Source of the DNA: an uncultured Candidatus Saccharibacteria bacterium
GTDB lineage: Bacteria; Patescibacteriota; Minisyncoccia; Phycocordibacterales; CSBR16-119
Direction of reading: 5' to 3'
NCBI GenBank assembly: GCA_964426385.1
Contig: CAYRQF010000001.1
Location: 21,712 to 85,711 of the forward strand
Length of the DNA: 64,000 nt
Position 1 is the stretch's first letter. The number at the start of each line of letters is the position of its first letter. The notes under the pieces were generated by a model. It was not told the DNA's origin, made no database searches, and saw only the letters and a program-made list of their open reading frames with translations. Made by a program: the position numbers and the translations under genes. This document shows, one piece after another, positions 45,240 to 54,679 of the stretch.

Positions 45240-46916
45240 ATGACTAGCCGAGAAATACGCCAAAAATACTTAGATTTTTTTGCTTCCAAAGGGCATGTCG
45301 TTTTACCGTCGGCATCGCTGGTGCCAGTGGGTGACTCGTCTGTTCTGTTCACCACAGCCGGTATGCAACCACTTGTGCCATATCTTCTGGGTGAAAATCA
45401 TCCAGCGGGTACAAAGCTCGCGAGTGCACAGAAATGCGTCCGTACCGGAGACATTGATGATATAGGCGATAACAGACATCTCACTTTTTTTGAAATGCTT
45501 GGTAATTGGTCTCTCGGCGATTACTTCAAAGACGAGTCCATCGCCTGGAGTTACGAGTTCCTAACTGACAAATCTGCCGGCCTCGGGCTCGATCCATCTC
45601 GACTATATATCACATGCTTCGAGGGCGACGACGATGCTCCACGTGACACAGAGTCCGCAGAGCTATGGATAAAAGCCGGTATTCCTTCGTCAAGAATTTA
45701 TTTCCTTGGCAAAGACGACAACTGGTGGGGACCTGGAGACAATGGTCCATGTGGACCAGATACTGAGATTTTTTATGACGTAACAGGAAAATATGGCGAA
45801 CTTTTACATGATGAATTTTTAAATGCACAGAAAACCGAGGGGGTGATTGAGATTTGGAATAATGTTTTCATGGAATACCGCTCTGAGAATGGGAAAGTTG
45901 TCGGTAAACTCGATCAGAAGAACGTCGACACGGGTATGGGACTCGAGCGCATAACTGCGGTGGTAAATGGTCTCGACAATGTTTACGAAACAGACTTGTT
46001 CAATGGGGAGAAAACGAAGAAAGAAAGAATCGTGGCAGATCACGTCAAAGCCGCACTATTTCTTATATCTGACGGAGTGCTTCCGGGCAATACCGGCCAG
46101 GGATATATCGTTCGCCGTTTGATTCGCAGGGCGGTAAGATTCTCTAATGAACCTCTTGCTACCAAGATTACTGCAGTCAAAGAACTTTATTCGGGCATCT
46201 ATAAGCTAGAAGACAATAGAGAAATCGCCAAAGAAGAAGAAAAGTTTCGAAAGACTCTAGAGAAGGGTATCAAAGAATTCGAGACCGGCACTGATCCGTT
46301 CACTTTGTTTACGACTTATGGTTTTCCAATCGAGTTAACAGAAGAATTGGCCAAAGAAAAAGGGGTCAAGATTGATCGAGCAGATTTCGACACCAAGATG
46401 TCCGAACATCAGAAGCTCTCTCAGACGTCATCCGCGGGCATGTTCAAGGGTGGTCTTGCGAACCATAACGAGGCGACGATCAAACTTCACACAGCGCACC
46501 ATCTACTACTAGCTGCGCTCCAGCAAGTGCTCGGGCCAGAGGTAAAACAGCGGGGAAGTAATATTACCGAGGAACGTCTACGTATCGACTTCGCTTTCGA
46601 CAGGAAGATGACAGATGAAGAGAAGAAGCGTGTCGAAGATATCGTAAATGATGCCATCTCAAAAGATCTAAAGGTTGTTAAGCGTGAGATGCCTCTAGCA
46701 GAGGCTCAGGCACTTGGCGCCGAGATGGAGTTCGGTGCTAAATATGGGGATGTGGTTTCTGTATACTTTATCGAAGATGAGAGTGGGTTTGCTCTATCCA
46801 AAGAGTTCTGTGGTGGTCCTCATGTCGAGCACACTGGTGTGATCGGCCACTTCAAAATACAAAAAGAAGAAGCCTCATCTGCCGGCGTCAGGCGTATCAA
46901 AGGAATATTGGAATAA
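45240..46916 (+). CDS. alaS: Alanine--tRNA ligase (short form)
   Basis: LFTTAGMQP, HLTFFEMLGNWS, DTGMGLER, HTAHH and EFCGGPH motifs. Confidence 0.97.
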   Translation: MTSREIRQKYLDFFASKGHVVLPSASLVPVGDSSVLFTTAGMQPLVPYLLGENHPAGTKLASAQKCVRTGDIDDIGDNRHLTFFEMLGNWSLGDYFKDESIAWSYEFLTDKSAGLGLDPSRLYITCFEGDDDAPRDTESAELWIKAGIPSSRIYFLGKDDNWWGPGDNGPCGPDTEIFYDVTGKYGELLHDEFLNAQKTEGVIEIWNNVFMEYRSENGKVVGKLDQKNVDTGMGLERITAVVNGLDNVYETDLFNGEKTKKERIVADHVKAALFLISDGVLPGNTGQGYIVRRLIRRAVRFSNEPLATKITAVKELYSGIYKLEDNREIAKEEEKFRKTLEKGIKEFETGTDPFTLFTTYGFPIELTEELAKEKGVKIDRADFDTKMSEHQKLSQTSSAGMFKGGLANHNEATIKLHTAHHLLLAALQQVLGPEVKQRGSNITEERLRIDFAFDRKMTDEEKKRVEDIVNDAISKDLKVVKREMPLAEAQALGAEMEFGAKYGDVVSVYFIEDESGFALSKEFCGGPHVEHTGVIGHFKIQKEEASSAGVRRIKGILE

Positions 46917-46945
46917 TTGACATTGAGCTTGGTAATTTGTAGTCT
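46917..46945 (+). promoter_or_regulatory. sigma70 promoter of cassette 46966
   Basis: TTGACA-N17-TAGTCT immediately after the alaS stop; leader gatacaaaacccaaacggcc-ATG. Confidence 0.7.
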
Positions 46946-46965
46946 GATACAAAACCCAAACGGCC

Positions 46966-47313
46966 ATGTTACACATTTTCAACGTCTTCGTTCGCAGTAA
47001 GGGTGTCGCAGGTCACCCGAGTGCCAATTACATCTACACTGAACCGCTCACTGCGCTGACATTCGCGAGGAAGACCCGCGACGATCATAGTGGTATGATC
47101 GTGAGTGTCGCGATCTTGAAACAATTCCCAAGCCTTGGGATCGAGACGGAGCATGGTGACTTCAGCGAGGCGAGACAAAAAAGGGAAAAGGAGACCGTAT
47201 TCCTGACTACGTGGCCTTTGAACCCTGGAGACCCTTGGGTCGAGAAGTTCTCACCTGAGTTCGAAGAACTCATCAAAAGTCTGACATCTGAAGAAGAGGT
47301 TACTGTTGCGTAG
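46966..47313 (+). CDS. Hypothetical protein (cassette gene)
   Basis: 115-aa ORF with its own promoter and terminator gaaggcccac...gtgggctttc-ttgtttt. Confidence 0.65.
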   Translation: MLHIFNVFVRSKGVAGHPSANYIYTEPLTALTFARKTRDDHSGMIVSVAILKQFPSLGIETEHGDFSEARQKREKETVFLTTWPLNPGDPWVEKFSPEFEELIKSLTSEEEVTVA

Positions 47314-47413
47314 CTGTACCGTTTGCCCACTCGAGAAGGCCCACGCCTTTTCAGGTGGGCTTTCTTGTTTTCAACTTAGTGCATAGCGTTTTAGTTGATA
47401 CAATAGATTTGTA

Positions 47414-48556
47414 ATGGGCCTATTTTTTTCAAAAGATGAAGATCAGATTGTTGCCGTACTCGATGTGAACTCGGGGGGCGTTGGTGGCGCCATAGTTCTA
47501 AAAAACAAGAAGTCTCTTCCGCTCATAGTAGCCACAGCTCGTCGCAACTTTAAATTCCCAGCCAGTCCTGATGGCGCTCGACTCAAGCGTGAGATGTTGG
47601 CGTCTCTTGATCTCGTCTGCCAGGAATTATTGACCAAGACCACCAAGCGTCCCGACAGAGTTTATTGTGTCCTAGCGACACCATGGTCTCACGGAGAGCT
47701 CAGGGCGATAAAGTACGATAAGTCTGAAGAATTTCGCTTCACTGAGGCTTTCGCCGAAACTTTGGTGAAGAAGGAGATTGAGAAATTCCGAGTGGAAAAT
47801 ACTGCATTACGGCATGTGATGGACCGACGCATCACTCGGGTTAGTTTGAATGGGTATCCGGTGACCGAGCCTCACGGTCAGAACACACGTACGGTTACTC
47901 TCGATGTCTTTCTCAGCCTCTCATCTAAGCAGATCATCGACGAAGTTCAGGATTGTATCCACAAAACTTGGAAGTCACGCATAGCATTTACTTCCCAGAT
48001 TTTTAGTGATTTTGTTTTCGTCCGGGATATTTTTGATACGAAAAATGACTTCGTCGTTATTGATATCGGTGCAGAGATTACCGAGGTTATGGTTATGAAA
48101 AACGATCACTTGGAGGGTACAGCATTTTTCCCTTACGGTGATAGGAATATCGTTAGAGCCATATCCGTCCAACTGAACAGGAGTGTCTATGAGTCAATGT
48201 CGCTGTTCTCCCTGTATGGCGAGGAACTTCTCTCCCCGGAGAATACTACTATTATTACAGAAGCCGTCGAACATGCTGGCGAGCTATGGCGAAGTGAGTT
48301 GAAGAGGTTGCTCAGTGACATATCAGGGAACAGGCACTTACCCAAGAATATTTTTCTTTTGGCGCCAGCATCGATGGAGGCCTGGTTTCGGTCAATGTTT
48401 ACAACCGCAGTTTTCCCCGAATTCACAACCTCTGGCCGGGAGTTTAATGTTATAATCCCTAACAGGGAAATGCTGTATAACTTTTGCCATTATTCTGATT
48501 TGGCCGAGCAAGACGACGCCCTCAGCAGGAAATCTATTTTTATAAACAGAGTATAA
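47414..48556 (+). CDS. FtsA/actin-like-fold hypothetical protein (CPR-type)
   Basis: AVLDVNSGGVGGA and VVIDIGAEITEV phosphate-loop-like motifs. Confidence 0.6.
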   Translation: MGLFFSKDEDQIVAVLDVNSGGVGGAIVLKNKKSLPLIVATARRNFKFPASPDGARLKREMLASLDLVCQELLTKTTKRPDRVYCVLATPWSHGELRAIKYDKSEEFRFTEAFAETLVKKEIEKFRVENTALRHVMDRRITRVSLNGYPVTEPHGQNTRTVTLDVFLSLSSKQIIDEVQDCIHKTWKSRIAFTSQIFSDFVFVRDIFDTKNDFVVIDIGAEITEVMVMKNDHLEGTAFFPYGDRNIVRAISVQLNRSVYESMSLFSLYGEELLSPENTTIITEAVEHAGELWRSELKRLLSDISGNRHLPKNIFLLAPASMEAWFRSMFTTAVFPEFTTSGREFNVIIPNREMLYNFCHYSDLAEQDDALSRKSIFINRV

Positions 48557-48559
48557 GGT

Positions 48560-49873
48560 ATGAATAGAAACTATATTCACGATATAAAGCCAACGTCTCG
48601 CACCCAGAAACAGCGAGAGGCTTTTCATCGTGAACATGAACTTCGGATGAAGAAGATGGGTCTAGATAAATCAGAAGACATCGAGGAGTATGAAGCTCCG
48701 CGAGCGCGTAGACCGCGAGGTGGAGATTCTGGCCGAGGTGTCTGGTACGTGGCAGGACTCGCCATCATCATACTTGTATTTGCGCTAACCTTTGTCTTTG
48801 CTGGAGCAACAGTCTATGTGACTCCGCGTGAGGGCACTGTCGAGTTATCGGGTCCGATACTTGCCGAGAAGGAGCCTCGTTCAGGACTCGCCTTCGAGAT
48901 GTTGTCGACTGAGGATAGCCGAGCGACGAATGTCGCCGCTGGAGAGAAGACGATGGTAGAGAAGAAAGCAACTGGAACTGTTAGACTTTTCAACAATAAT
49001 GGATCTGTCGAGCAGAAGCTTCTTATAGATACTCGGCTCGAGGCACCAAACGGATACATCTACAAGACCAAGAAGCCAGTCGTCATACCAGGTCAGAAGC
49101 TAGTTAACGGCAAAACTACTCCAGGTTCAGTAGATGTCGAGGTTTACGCTGATGAAGCTGGGGATGTTTATAACACCGACAAGACCACGTTCAAGGTGGT
49201 CGGTTTCAGGGGGTCACCAAAATACAACAACTTCTACGGAGAGACAGTAACCGCCATATCTGGAGGATTCAAGGGTGAATCATTTGATATTAGTGACGAG
49301 GATTTGAAACGTGAGACCGATATACTGAAAGGAGAGCTTTCTACTAGCCTCCTAGAGAAGGCACGAGCTGAAGTTCCAAGCGAATTTATACTTTATGATA
49401 AGGCCGTTACCATTTCGTATGATGAGCCTACTATCAGTGCCGCTGATGAGTCCGGCAAGGTAGAGATCAAGCAGACAGGTATTCTAAATGCGGTTATCTT
49501 CAAGGAGGTGGACCTGACCAAATCTCTAGTAGGAAAGGTCATCGCTGATACTACAGAGCACAGCGTCACTATCCCAAATATCCGTGAGCTCAATATCGAG
49601 CTCGACAAGGCATCCGTCATAACAAACCCAGAAAATATGGAGTCAGTAAAAATAATCATTGATGATAAAATCCGCGTTGTGTGGGATATCAATGAAGCCG
49701 AGATCAAGGATGTGCTGGCTGGGATCAAGAAGAGAGACTTTGAACCTCAGATGTTAACGTTCAAGAATATTGAAAGCGCTGAACTATCACTGAAGCCGTT
49801 TTGGAAAAATACTCTACCGTCCAAGCCTAGCGCTATCAAGATCATCAATAACTTCTCCACAGATGCTATCTAG
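48560..49873 (+). CDS. Single-TM CPR-conserved protein with a baseplate-J-like beta domain
   Basis: TM at about aa 60-82; KATGTVRLFN...LLIDTRL...PGSVDVEVYADEAGDVYN. Confidence 0.55.
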   Translation: MNRNYIHDIKPTSRTQKQREAFHREHELRMKKMGLDKSEDIEEYEAPRARRPRGGDSGRGVWYVAGLAIIILVFALTFVFAGATVYVTPREGTVELSGPILAEKEPRSGLAFEMLSTEDSRATNVAAGEKTMVEKKATGTVRLFNNNGSVEQKLLIDTRLEAPNGYIYKTKKPVVIPGQKLVNGKTTPGSVDVEVYADEAGDVYNTDKTTFKVVGFRGSPKYNNFYGETVTAISGGFKGESFDISDEDLKRETDILKGELSTSLLEKARAEVPSEFILYDKAVTISYDEPTISAADESGKVEIKQTGILNAVIFKEVDLTKSLVGKVIADTTEHSVTIPNIRELNIELDKASVITNPENMESVKIIIDDKIRVVWDINEAEIKDVLAGIKKRDFEPQMLTFKNIESAELSLKPFWKNTLPSKPSAIKIINNFSTDAI

Positions 49874-49916
49874 CTTGCTAACGAATGGTTTTGCTGTTAA
49901 TATCTCATTATTCTAA

Positions 49917-50138
49917 ATGAAGCAATTAAACGATAACGAGAGATTGATCGTCGGCACAGTAGTCGAATCATTACCAAATACAACTTTTCGCGTCGAATCA
50001 AGTGAGTCTGGCAAGATAATCTTGGCATATCTTTCTGGAAAGATGCGAAAGTTTAGGATTAAGATAATGATCGGCGATAAGGTAGAAGTAATGACCGATA
50101 AGGCAGAAGAAAAGGGTAGGATTTCTAGGAGACTATAG
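49917..50138 (+). CDS. infA: Translation initiation factor IF-1
   Basis: [14 protein letters not shown]...LSGKMR...GDKV...KGRI. Confidence 0.95.
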   Translation: MKQLNDNERLIVGTVVESLPNTTFRVESSESGKIILAYLSGKMRKFRIKIMIGDKVEVMTDKAEEKGRISRRL

Positions 50139-50157
50139 GGCTTCTAGGTATCCCCTT

Positions 50158-50227
50158 GCCCCCACACCAAATTTTCGATCGCGCCCTTGGCGCTTTCACA
50201 GAAAAATCGAAAAATTGGTGTAGGGGC
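50158..50227. repeat. REP-like long palindrome (22-bp arms)
   Basis: gcccccacaccaaattttcgat...atcgaaaaattggtgtaggggc, 20/22 complementary. Confidence 0.75.
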
Positions 50228-50322
50228 TTGCATTAATATTCCTTTTAGGTTACTATTTAAACCTGCATTAAGGGCTTACCCCTTAATTTTGAAATTTTAA
50301 ATCAAAACAAGAAATCTTTAGT

Positions 50323-50445
50323 ATGAAAATAAAGGCGTCCATAAAACGAGCCGGTTTGGTACAAGGCGACCAGCTTGTCAAAAGAAGGGGTAAAATTTAC
50401 AGGATAAACAAGAAGAACCCTCGCCGTAAAGCAAGGCAGGGATAA
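50323..50445 (+). CDS. rpmJ: 50S ribosomal protein bL36, zinc-free (C-minus) type
   Basis: Manual translation MKIKASIKRAGLVQGDQLVKRRGKIYRINKKNPRRKARQG; lies between infA and rpsM. Confidence 0.92.
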   Translation: MKIKASIKRAGLVQGDQLVKRRGKIYRINKKNPRRKARQG

Positions 50446-50450
50446 TCAAT

Positions 50451-50831
50451 ATGCGAATTTCAGGAATAACAATAAAAGATAACGAGCGTATAGAGATGGG
50501 GCTAACAGCCATTTTTGGAATTGGCCGATCCAGGGCTCACAAGATTCTCGACGTGGCCAAGGTTGACTACAGTAAGAAGTCAAAAGACCTTACGACTGAC
50601 GAAGAGAACGAGATCCGCAAAGTTGTCGAACAGTACAACATAGAAGGAAACCTCAAGCGTGAGATATCTGCGAACATCAAGCGTCTCAAGGATATCGGAT
50701 CATACCGAGGCTCTCGTCACACCAAGCGTCTCCCGTCTCGTGGTCAGAGGACTAAAACCAACTCTCGAACTATCAGAGGTAACGTCAGAAAGACTATGGC
50801 ATCCGGACGAGTAACCGCTACAAAGACATAA
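50451..50831 (+). CDS. rpsM: 30S ribosomal protein uS13
   Basis: LTAIFGIG and YRGSRH...LPSRGQRTKTN motifs. Confidence 0.97.
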   Translation: MRISGITIKDNERIEMGLTAIFGIGRSRAHKILDVAKVDYSKKSKDLTTDEENEIRKVVEQYNIEGNLKREISANIKRLKDIGSYRGSRHTKRLPSRGQRTKTNSRTIRGNVRKTMASGRVTATKT

Positions 50832-50837
50832 AATAAT

Positions 50838-51260
50838 ATGGGAAAGAAAAGAATTGTAAAAGGAGGTGAATCTGCATCAAAAGCAAAATCTACCTCAAAG
50901 GCCGTCAAGAAAAAGCTCACAGAAGGAGTACTCTTCGTTGAGGCAACTTTTAATAACACGAAAGTCTCTTTCGCTGACAAGAAAGGTAACGTAGTTTTCT
51001 GGTCATCATCTGGTGCTCTCGGATTCAAGGGTGCGAAGAAAGGAACTCCTTTCGCTGCCGCCAAAGTCGGTGATCTTATCGGAGAGAAGGCCGAATCTAT
51101 CGGTGTCAAAGAAGCCGAGGTTATCGTAAAGGGCGTCGGAACAGGCCGTGAGTCAGCTATCCGTGCGTTTATGACACGAGGCATCGAGATCTCATCTATC
51201 CGAGACAAGACCCCGATACCATTTAACGGTCCTCGTCCGCCTAAACCTCGAAGAGTTTAA
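50838..51260 (+). CDS. rpsK: 30S ribosomal protein uS11
   Basis: ATFNNT, GFKGAKKGTPFAA and DKTPIPFNG motifs. Confidence 0.97.
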   Translation: MGKKRIVKGGESASKAKSTSKAVKKKLTEGVLFVEATFNNTKVSFADKKGNVVFWSSSGALGFKGAKKGTPFAAAKVGDLIGEKAESIGVKEAEVIVKGVGTGRESAIRAFMTRGIEISSIRDKTPIPFNGPRPPKPRRV

Positions 51261-51291
51261 AAAATAATGTATTAATAAGATTGATTGAGTT

Positions 51292-51900
51292 ATGAAAATA
51301 GGACCAAAATACAAAATAGCAAGAAGGCTTGGAAGCGCTGTGTTCGATAGGACACAGACGCCGCGTTTTGCTACTTCAGAGGCTCGTCACGCAAAAGGTG
51401 CCAAGTCCAAGAAGCGCAAGCAGGTCTCTGAATACGGCCTTCAGCTCAATGAGAAGCAGAAGATTCGATATACCTACGGCGTATCTGAGAAGCAGTTCAG
51501 TAACTACGTGAAGGAAGCCGTCGAGACAAAAGGTGGTAACGCCGGTGAGCTCCTCCAGAGATTCCTTGAACAGCGCCTAGACAATATCGTCTACCGATTC
51601 GGTCTAGCCACAACTAGAGCTGCAGCACGCCAGATGGTATCTCACGGACATTTCCGAGTTAACGGCAAGAGAGTGACAGTCCCGTCCTACAGGACTAACG
51701 AGGGAGATGTTATCTCTGTTCGCGAGGGTAGTAGATCGAGCAAGCTTTTCGAAGACCTTACGAAGAAGCTCGACAAATATATGTATCCAGCATGGCTAGC
51801 ATTCGATCCAGCTTCGATGGAAGGTAGCGTCAAGAGCAAGCCGACCAAGGAAGGTTCGCTTCTCGATTTCGGACGAGTCCTCGAATTCTACAGTCGTTAA
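51292..51900 (+). CDS. rpsD: 30S ribosomal protein uS4
   Basis: SEYGLQLNEKQK, LEQRLDNIVYR and ARQMVSHGH motifs. Confidence 0.97.
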   Translation: MKIGPKYKIARRLGSAVFDRTQTPRFATSEARHAKGAKSKKRKQVSEYGLQLNEKQKIRYTYGVSEKQFSNYVKEAVETKGGNAGELLQRFLEQRLDNIVYRFGLATTRAAARQMVSHGHFRVNGKRVTVPSYRTNEGDVISVREGSRSSKLFEDLTKKLDKYMYPAWLAFDPASMEGSVKSKPTKEGSLLDFGRVLEFYSR

Positions 51901-51931
51901 AATTTAATTATTTATTATTAGTAAAAATTCT

Positions 51932-52918
51932 ATGGTTGAATCAAATATTATATTGCCATCGAAGCCTAGGCTTGTCTCCGAAGAGGGGAACAAGGGTATT
52001 TACGAGATCGACAATCTGTACCCTGGCTATGGCCACACCCTCGGGAACTCTCTCCGCAGGATAATCCTGTCGTCACTTTCTGGTGCCGCTATTACAAGTC
52101 TCAAGATCGACGGTGTTGATCATGAGTTCGCTGTGATGGACGGAGTCAAAGAGGATGTTTTGAATATAATACTCAACCTGAAGCGTATCCGTTTCAAGCT
52201 TCTCACAGACGAGCCTCAGATCGTCAACCTCAAGTGGAAAGGTGTCGGAATAGTGAAAGCTAGCGACATCGAAGTCTCTGGTCAGGTAGAGGTACTCACT
52301 CCAGATCAGTACATCTGCGAGGCCACTGACAAGAAAACTGAACTCAATATGGAGATCTACGTCCAGAAGGGCCTAGGTTATGTCTCGAAGGAAGACATCC
52401 AGAAGGAGAAGATGTCAGTTGGTCACATCTCTATGGACGCCATCTTTACACCAATCCGCCGAGTATCATACGAGGTAGAGAATATGCGCGTTGGCGACTC
52501 GACGAACTACAACCGCCTCCGCATTGCTGTCGAAACTGACGGTACATACACTGCACGCGAAGCTGTCGAGAAATCTATCGAGATCATGATCGTTCAGCTC
52601 CAGTCTATACACGACTTCAAAGGCCTCGATGAGAAGCCTGAGGAAATCATCGAAGCAGTCGAGAAAGAAATCAAAGACGTTCACGATGAGAAGGAGAGTG
52701 CTGAGGGTGAAGAAGAGAAAGAGACTATGAAAACTCGCATCGAAGACCTCAATCTCTCTACTCGAACACTCAATGCACTCGCCAATGCGAAGATCCGAAC
52801 TGTCGGCGGCATCGCTAGGAAGACGAGCGAGGACCTACTCGCTGTCGAGGGTATGGGAGACAAGGGATTGCAGGAAATCAAAAGGACCTTGAGTAATTTT
52901 GGTATTCTGCTAAAGTAA
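51932..52918 (+). CDS. rpoA: RNA polymerase subunit alpha
   Basis: GYGHTLGNSLRRIILSS and IEDLNLSTRTLNAL motifs. Confidence 0.97.
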   Translation: MVESNIILPSKPRLVSEEGNKGIYEIDNLYPGYGHTLGNSLRRIILSSLSGAAITSLKIDGVDHEFAVMDGVKEDVLNIILNLKRIRFKLLTDEPQIVNLKWKGVGIVKASDIEVSGQVEVLTPDQYICEATDKKTELNMEIYVQKGLGYVSKEDIQKEKMSVGHISMDAIFTPIRRVSYEVENMRVGDSTNYNRLRIAVETDGTYTAREAVEKSIEIMIVQLQSIHDFKGLDEKPEEIIEAVEKEIKDVHDEKESAEGEEEKETMKTRIEDLNLSTRTLNALANAKIRTVGGIARKTSEDLLAVEGMGDKGLQEIKRTLSNFGILLK

Positions 52919-52938
52919 TACGGACCTAATCAGGAGAT

Positions 52939-53295
52939 ATGAGACATCACAATAAAAACAGAAAATTCGGACGACCAACGAGCCAGAGAGCGGCGCTTCT
53001 TAAGAGTCTCGCCTTGTCTCTAGTCAAAGCCGGTCGTATCCGCACTACAGAGGCCAAAGCCAAGGAACTACGACCTTTTATGGAGAAGCTCGTTACTCGG
53101 GCCAAAGTGGGAACCCTAGCCTCAAAGCGTATTATCGTATCTCGCCTTATGAACCGCGTCCCAGAGTCAAAGATCCTGATCGAAGAGATCGCACCACGTT
53201 TCAAGGGCGTAGCTGGCGGTTATACCCGTGTCTTGAAGCTTCCGCCTCGTAAGTCTGACGGAGCCAAGATGGCGCTTATCGAATTTGTAAAATAA
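52939..53295 (+). CDS. rplQ: 50S ribosomal protein bL17
   Basis: MRHH, IRTTEAKAKELR and GGYTR motifs. Confidence 0.97.
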   Translation: MRHHNKNRKFGRPTSQRAALLKSLALSLVKAGRIRTTEAKAKELRPFMEKLVTRAKVGTLASKRIIVSRLMNRVPESKILIEEIAPRFKGVAGGYTRVLKLPPRKSDGAKMALIEFVK

Positions 53296-53296
53296 T

Positions 53297-53641
53297 ATGG
53301 AACACCAGATAGATGCAAAAGGGAAGAAACTCGGTCGCGTAGCTCAAGAAGCTGCGGCACTACTTATGGGTAAAAATGACCCATCTTTTGAACGCAACAA
53401 GCTTCAGGCAGTAAAGGTAACCATCCTTAACGCTTCGCAGGCTGATATCTCAGCTGAGAAGCTCGAGAACAAGGAATATGAACGATACTCCGGTTATCCA
53501 GGAGGCCTCGTTTACGAGAAAATGAAGCGAACTGTCGAGAAGCACGGCTACGGTGAAGTTTTCCGATTGGCTGTTATGGGTATGCTCCCAGCAAACCGAC
53601 TAGCAGATAAGATGATGAAGAATCTCATCGTAAAAGAATAA
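53297..53641 (+). CDS. rplM: 50S ribosomal protein uL13
   Basis: IDAKGKKLGRVA, YSGYPGG and AVMGMLP motifs. Confidence 0.95.
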   Translation: MEHQIDAKGKKLGRVAQEAAALLMGKNDPSFERNKLQAVKVTILNASQADISAEKLENKEYERYSGYPGGLVYEKMKRTVEKHGYGEVFRLAVMGMLPANRLADKMMKNLIVKE

Positions 53642-53647
53642 TTATTT

Positions 53648-54058
53648 ATGACAACTGCAAATAAAGAAAAATATTTTGAGGCAGTAGGACGCAGGAAGAC
53701 TGCGACAGCACGTGTGAGACTCACTGCTTCTACTAAGCCTACGTTTACAGTGAACGACAAGACTCTCGAAGAATACTTCCGAGTAGCAGACCTCCGAGCT
53801 ATCGCCACAGAGGCATTCGAGAAGAATCCTATCGACAAGAAATTCTCAGTGTCAGCTCATGTTAATGGCGGGGGGATGAACGCTCAGGCAGAATCTATCC
53901 GTCACGGAATCACACGATGCCTCGTTGAGTTCGATGAGTCATTACGTGCTCCGCTCAAGAAGCTCGGTTTCCTCAAGCGCGATCCTCGTTCACGCGAACG
54001 TCGCAAGGCCGGTCTCGCTCAGGCTGCTCGTAAGCGCAAGCAGTGGAGTAAGCGCTAA
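53648..54058 (+). CDS. rpsI: 30S ribosomal protein uS9
   Basis: GRRKTATARV, GGG..AQ and RDPR...QWSKR motifs. Confidence 0.97.
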   Translation: MTTANKEKYFEAVGRRKTATARVRLTASTKPTFTVNDKTLEEYFRVADLRAIATEAFEKNPIDKKFSVSAHVNGGGMNAQAESIRHGITRCLVEFDESLRAPLKKLGFLKRDPRSRERRKAGLAQAARKRKQWSKR

Positions 54059-54215
54059 TCTCAAATACAATATCTCGACAAAATCCCCCACGGGGATTTT
54101 GTCTTTTAGGGGAGATATGCATATTTTATCCACCGTGATATGGGACAAGCCCTGTCCTATAGGAGTACAATGTTTAGAGAATCGTTTCTCTTTCACCAAC
54201 CAAATCCTCAACGCC

Positions 54216-54503
54216 ATGAGAGCTAGAACGTCGCTGTTCGTTTTGTTGATGGCAGGTACGACCAGTCTTCTCGCCCAGAAGCCGGTCTATCCGAACCCCG
54301 CAGGAGATATGGTCAAGATCGAAGCACCAGATAGCTCGGTCGTTACCATCGTCAATGCGACGGGAGGTGAAGTCAGGCGCGGCGTTACCGCGAATGGCTA
54401 TATCGAGCTCGATACCAAAGAGCTCGGTGAAGGGCTGTACTTCGTGAATGTGGTAACGGCTAACCGGCCGACCACCACGAGGCTCATCGTGGAGCACAAA
54501 TAA
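54216..54503 (+). CDS. Signal peptide plus a stand-alone T9SS type-A C-terminal sorting domain (95 aa)
   Basis: MRARTSLFVLLMAGTTSLLA|QKPVYPNPAGD...VTIVNATG...ELDTKELGEGLYFVNV...TTRLIVEHK matches the YPNP...GxY...KLxx pattern of TIGR04183-type CTDs. Confidence 0.85.
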   Translation: MRARTSLFVLLMAGTTSLLAQKPVYPNPAGDMVKIEAPDSSVVTIVNATGGEVRRGVTANGYIELDTKELGEGLYFVNVVTANRPTTTRLIVEHK

Positions 54504-54589
54504 CAAGAGGGAACTAACCCTCAGAAGGACGACCATCACCCTGGCCGTCCTTCTAATAGGAACCGCACAATAGTGGTCTTTTTAATATA

Positions 54590-54618
54590 TTGACAGAACT
54601 ATTCTAATATAGTATAAT
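54590..54618 (+). promoter_or_regulatory. Consensus sigma70 promoter of cassette 54680
   Basis: TTGACA-N17-TATAAT, exact; leader ends ccaacaacaacagaac-ATG. Confidence 0.8.
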
Positions 54619-54679
54619 ATGCTATTAATTTTCTTTGAACAAACCACCTGTATAAACACAGGTCCAACAACAACAGAAC

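Noticed and set aside
48560-49873. Prophage baseplate gene
   Set aside because: It is a single-TM protein in a core CPR neighbourhood (FtsA-like gene, infA), with no other phage structural genes.
53925-54215. N-terminal 97 aa of the 192-aa track ORF
   Set aside because: It overlaps rpsI and its terminator; the signal peptide and leader point to ATG 54216.
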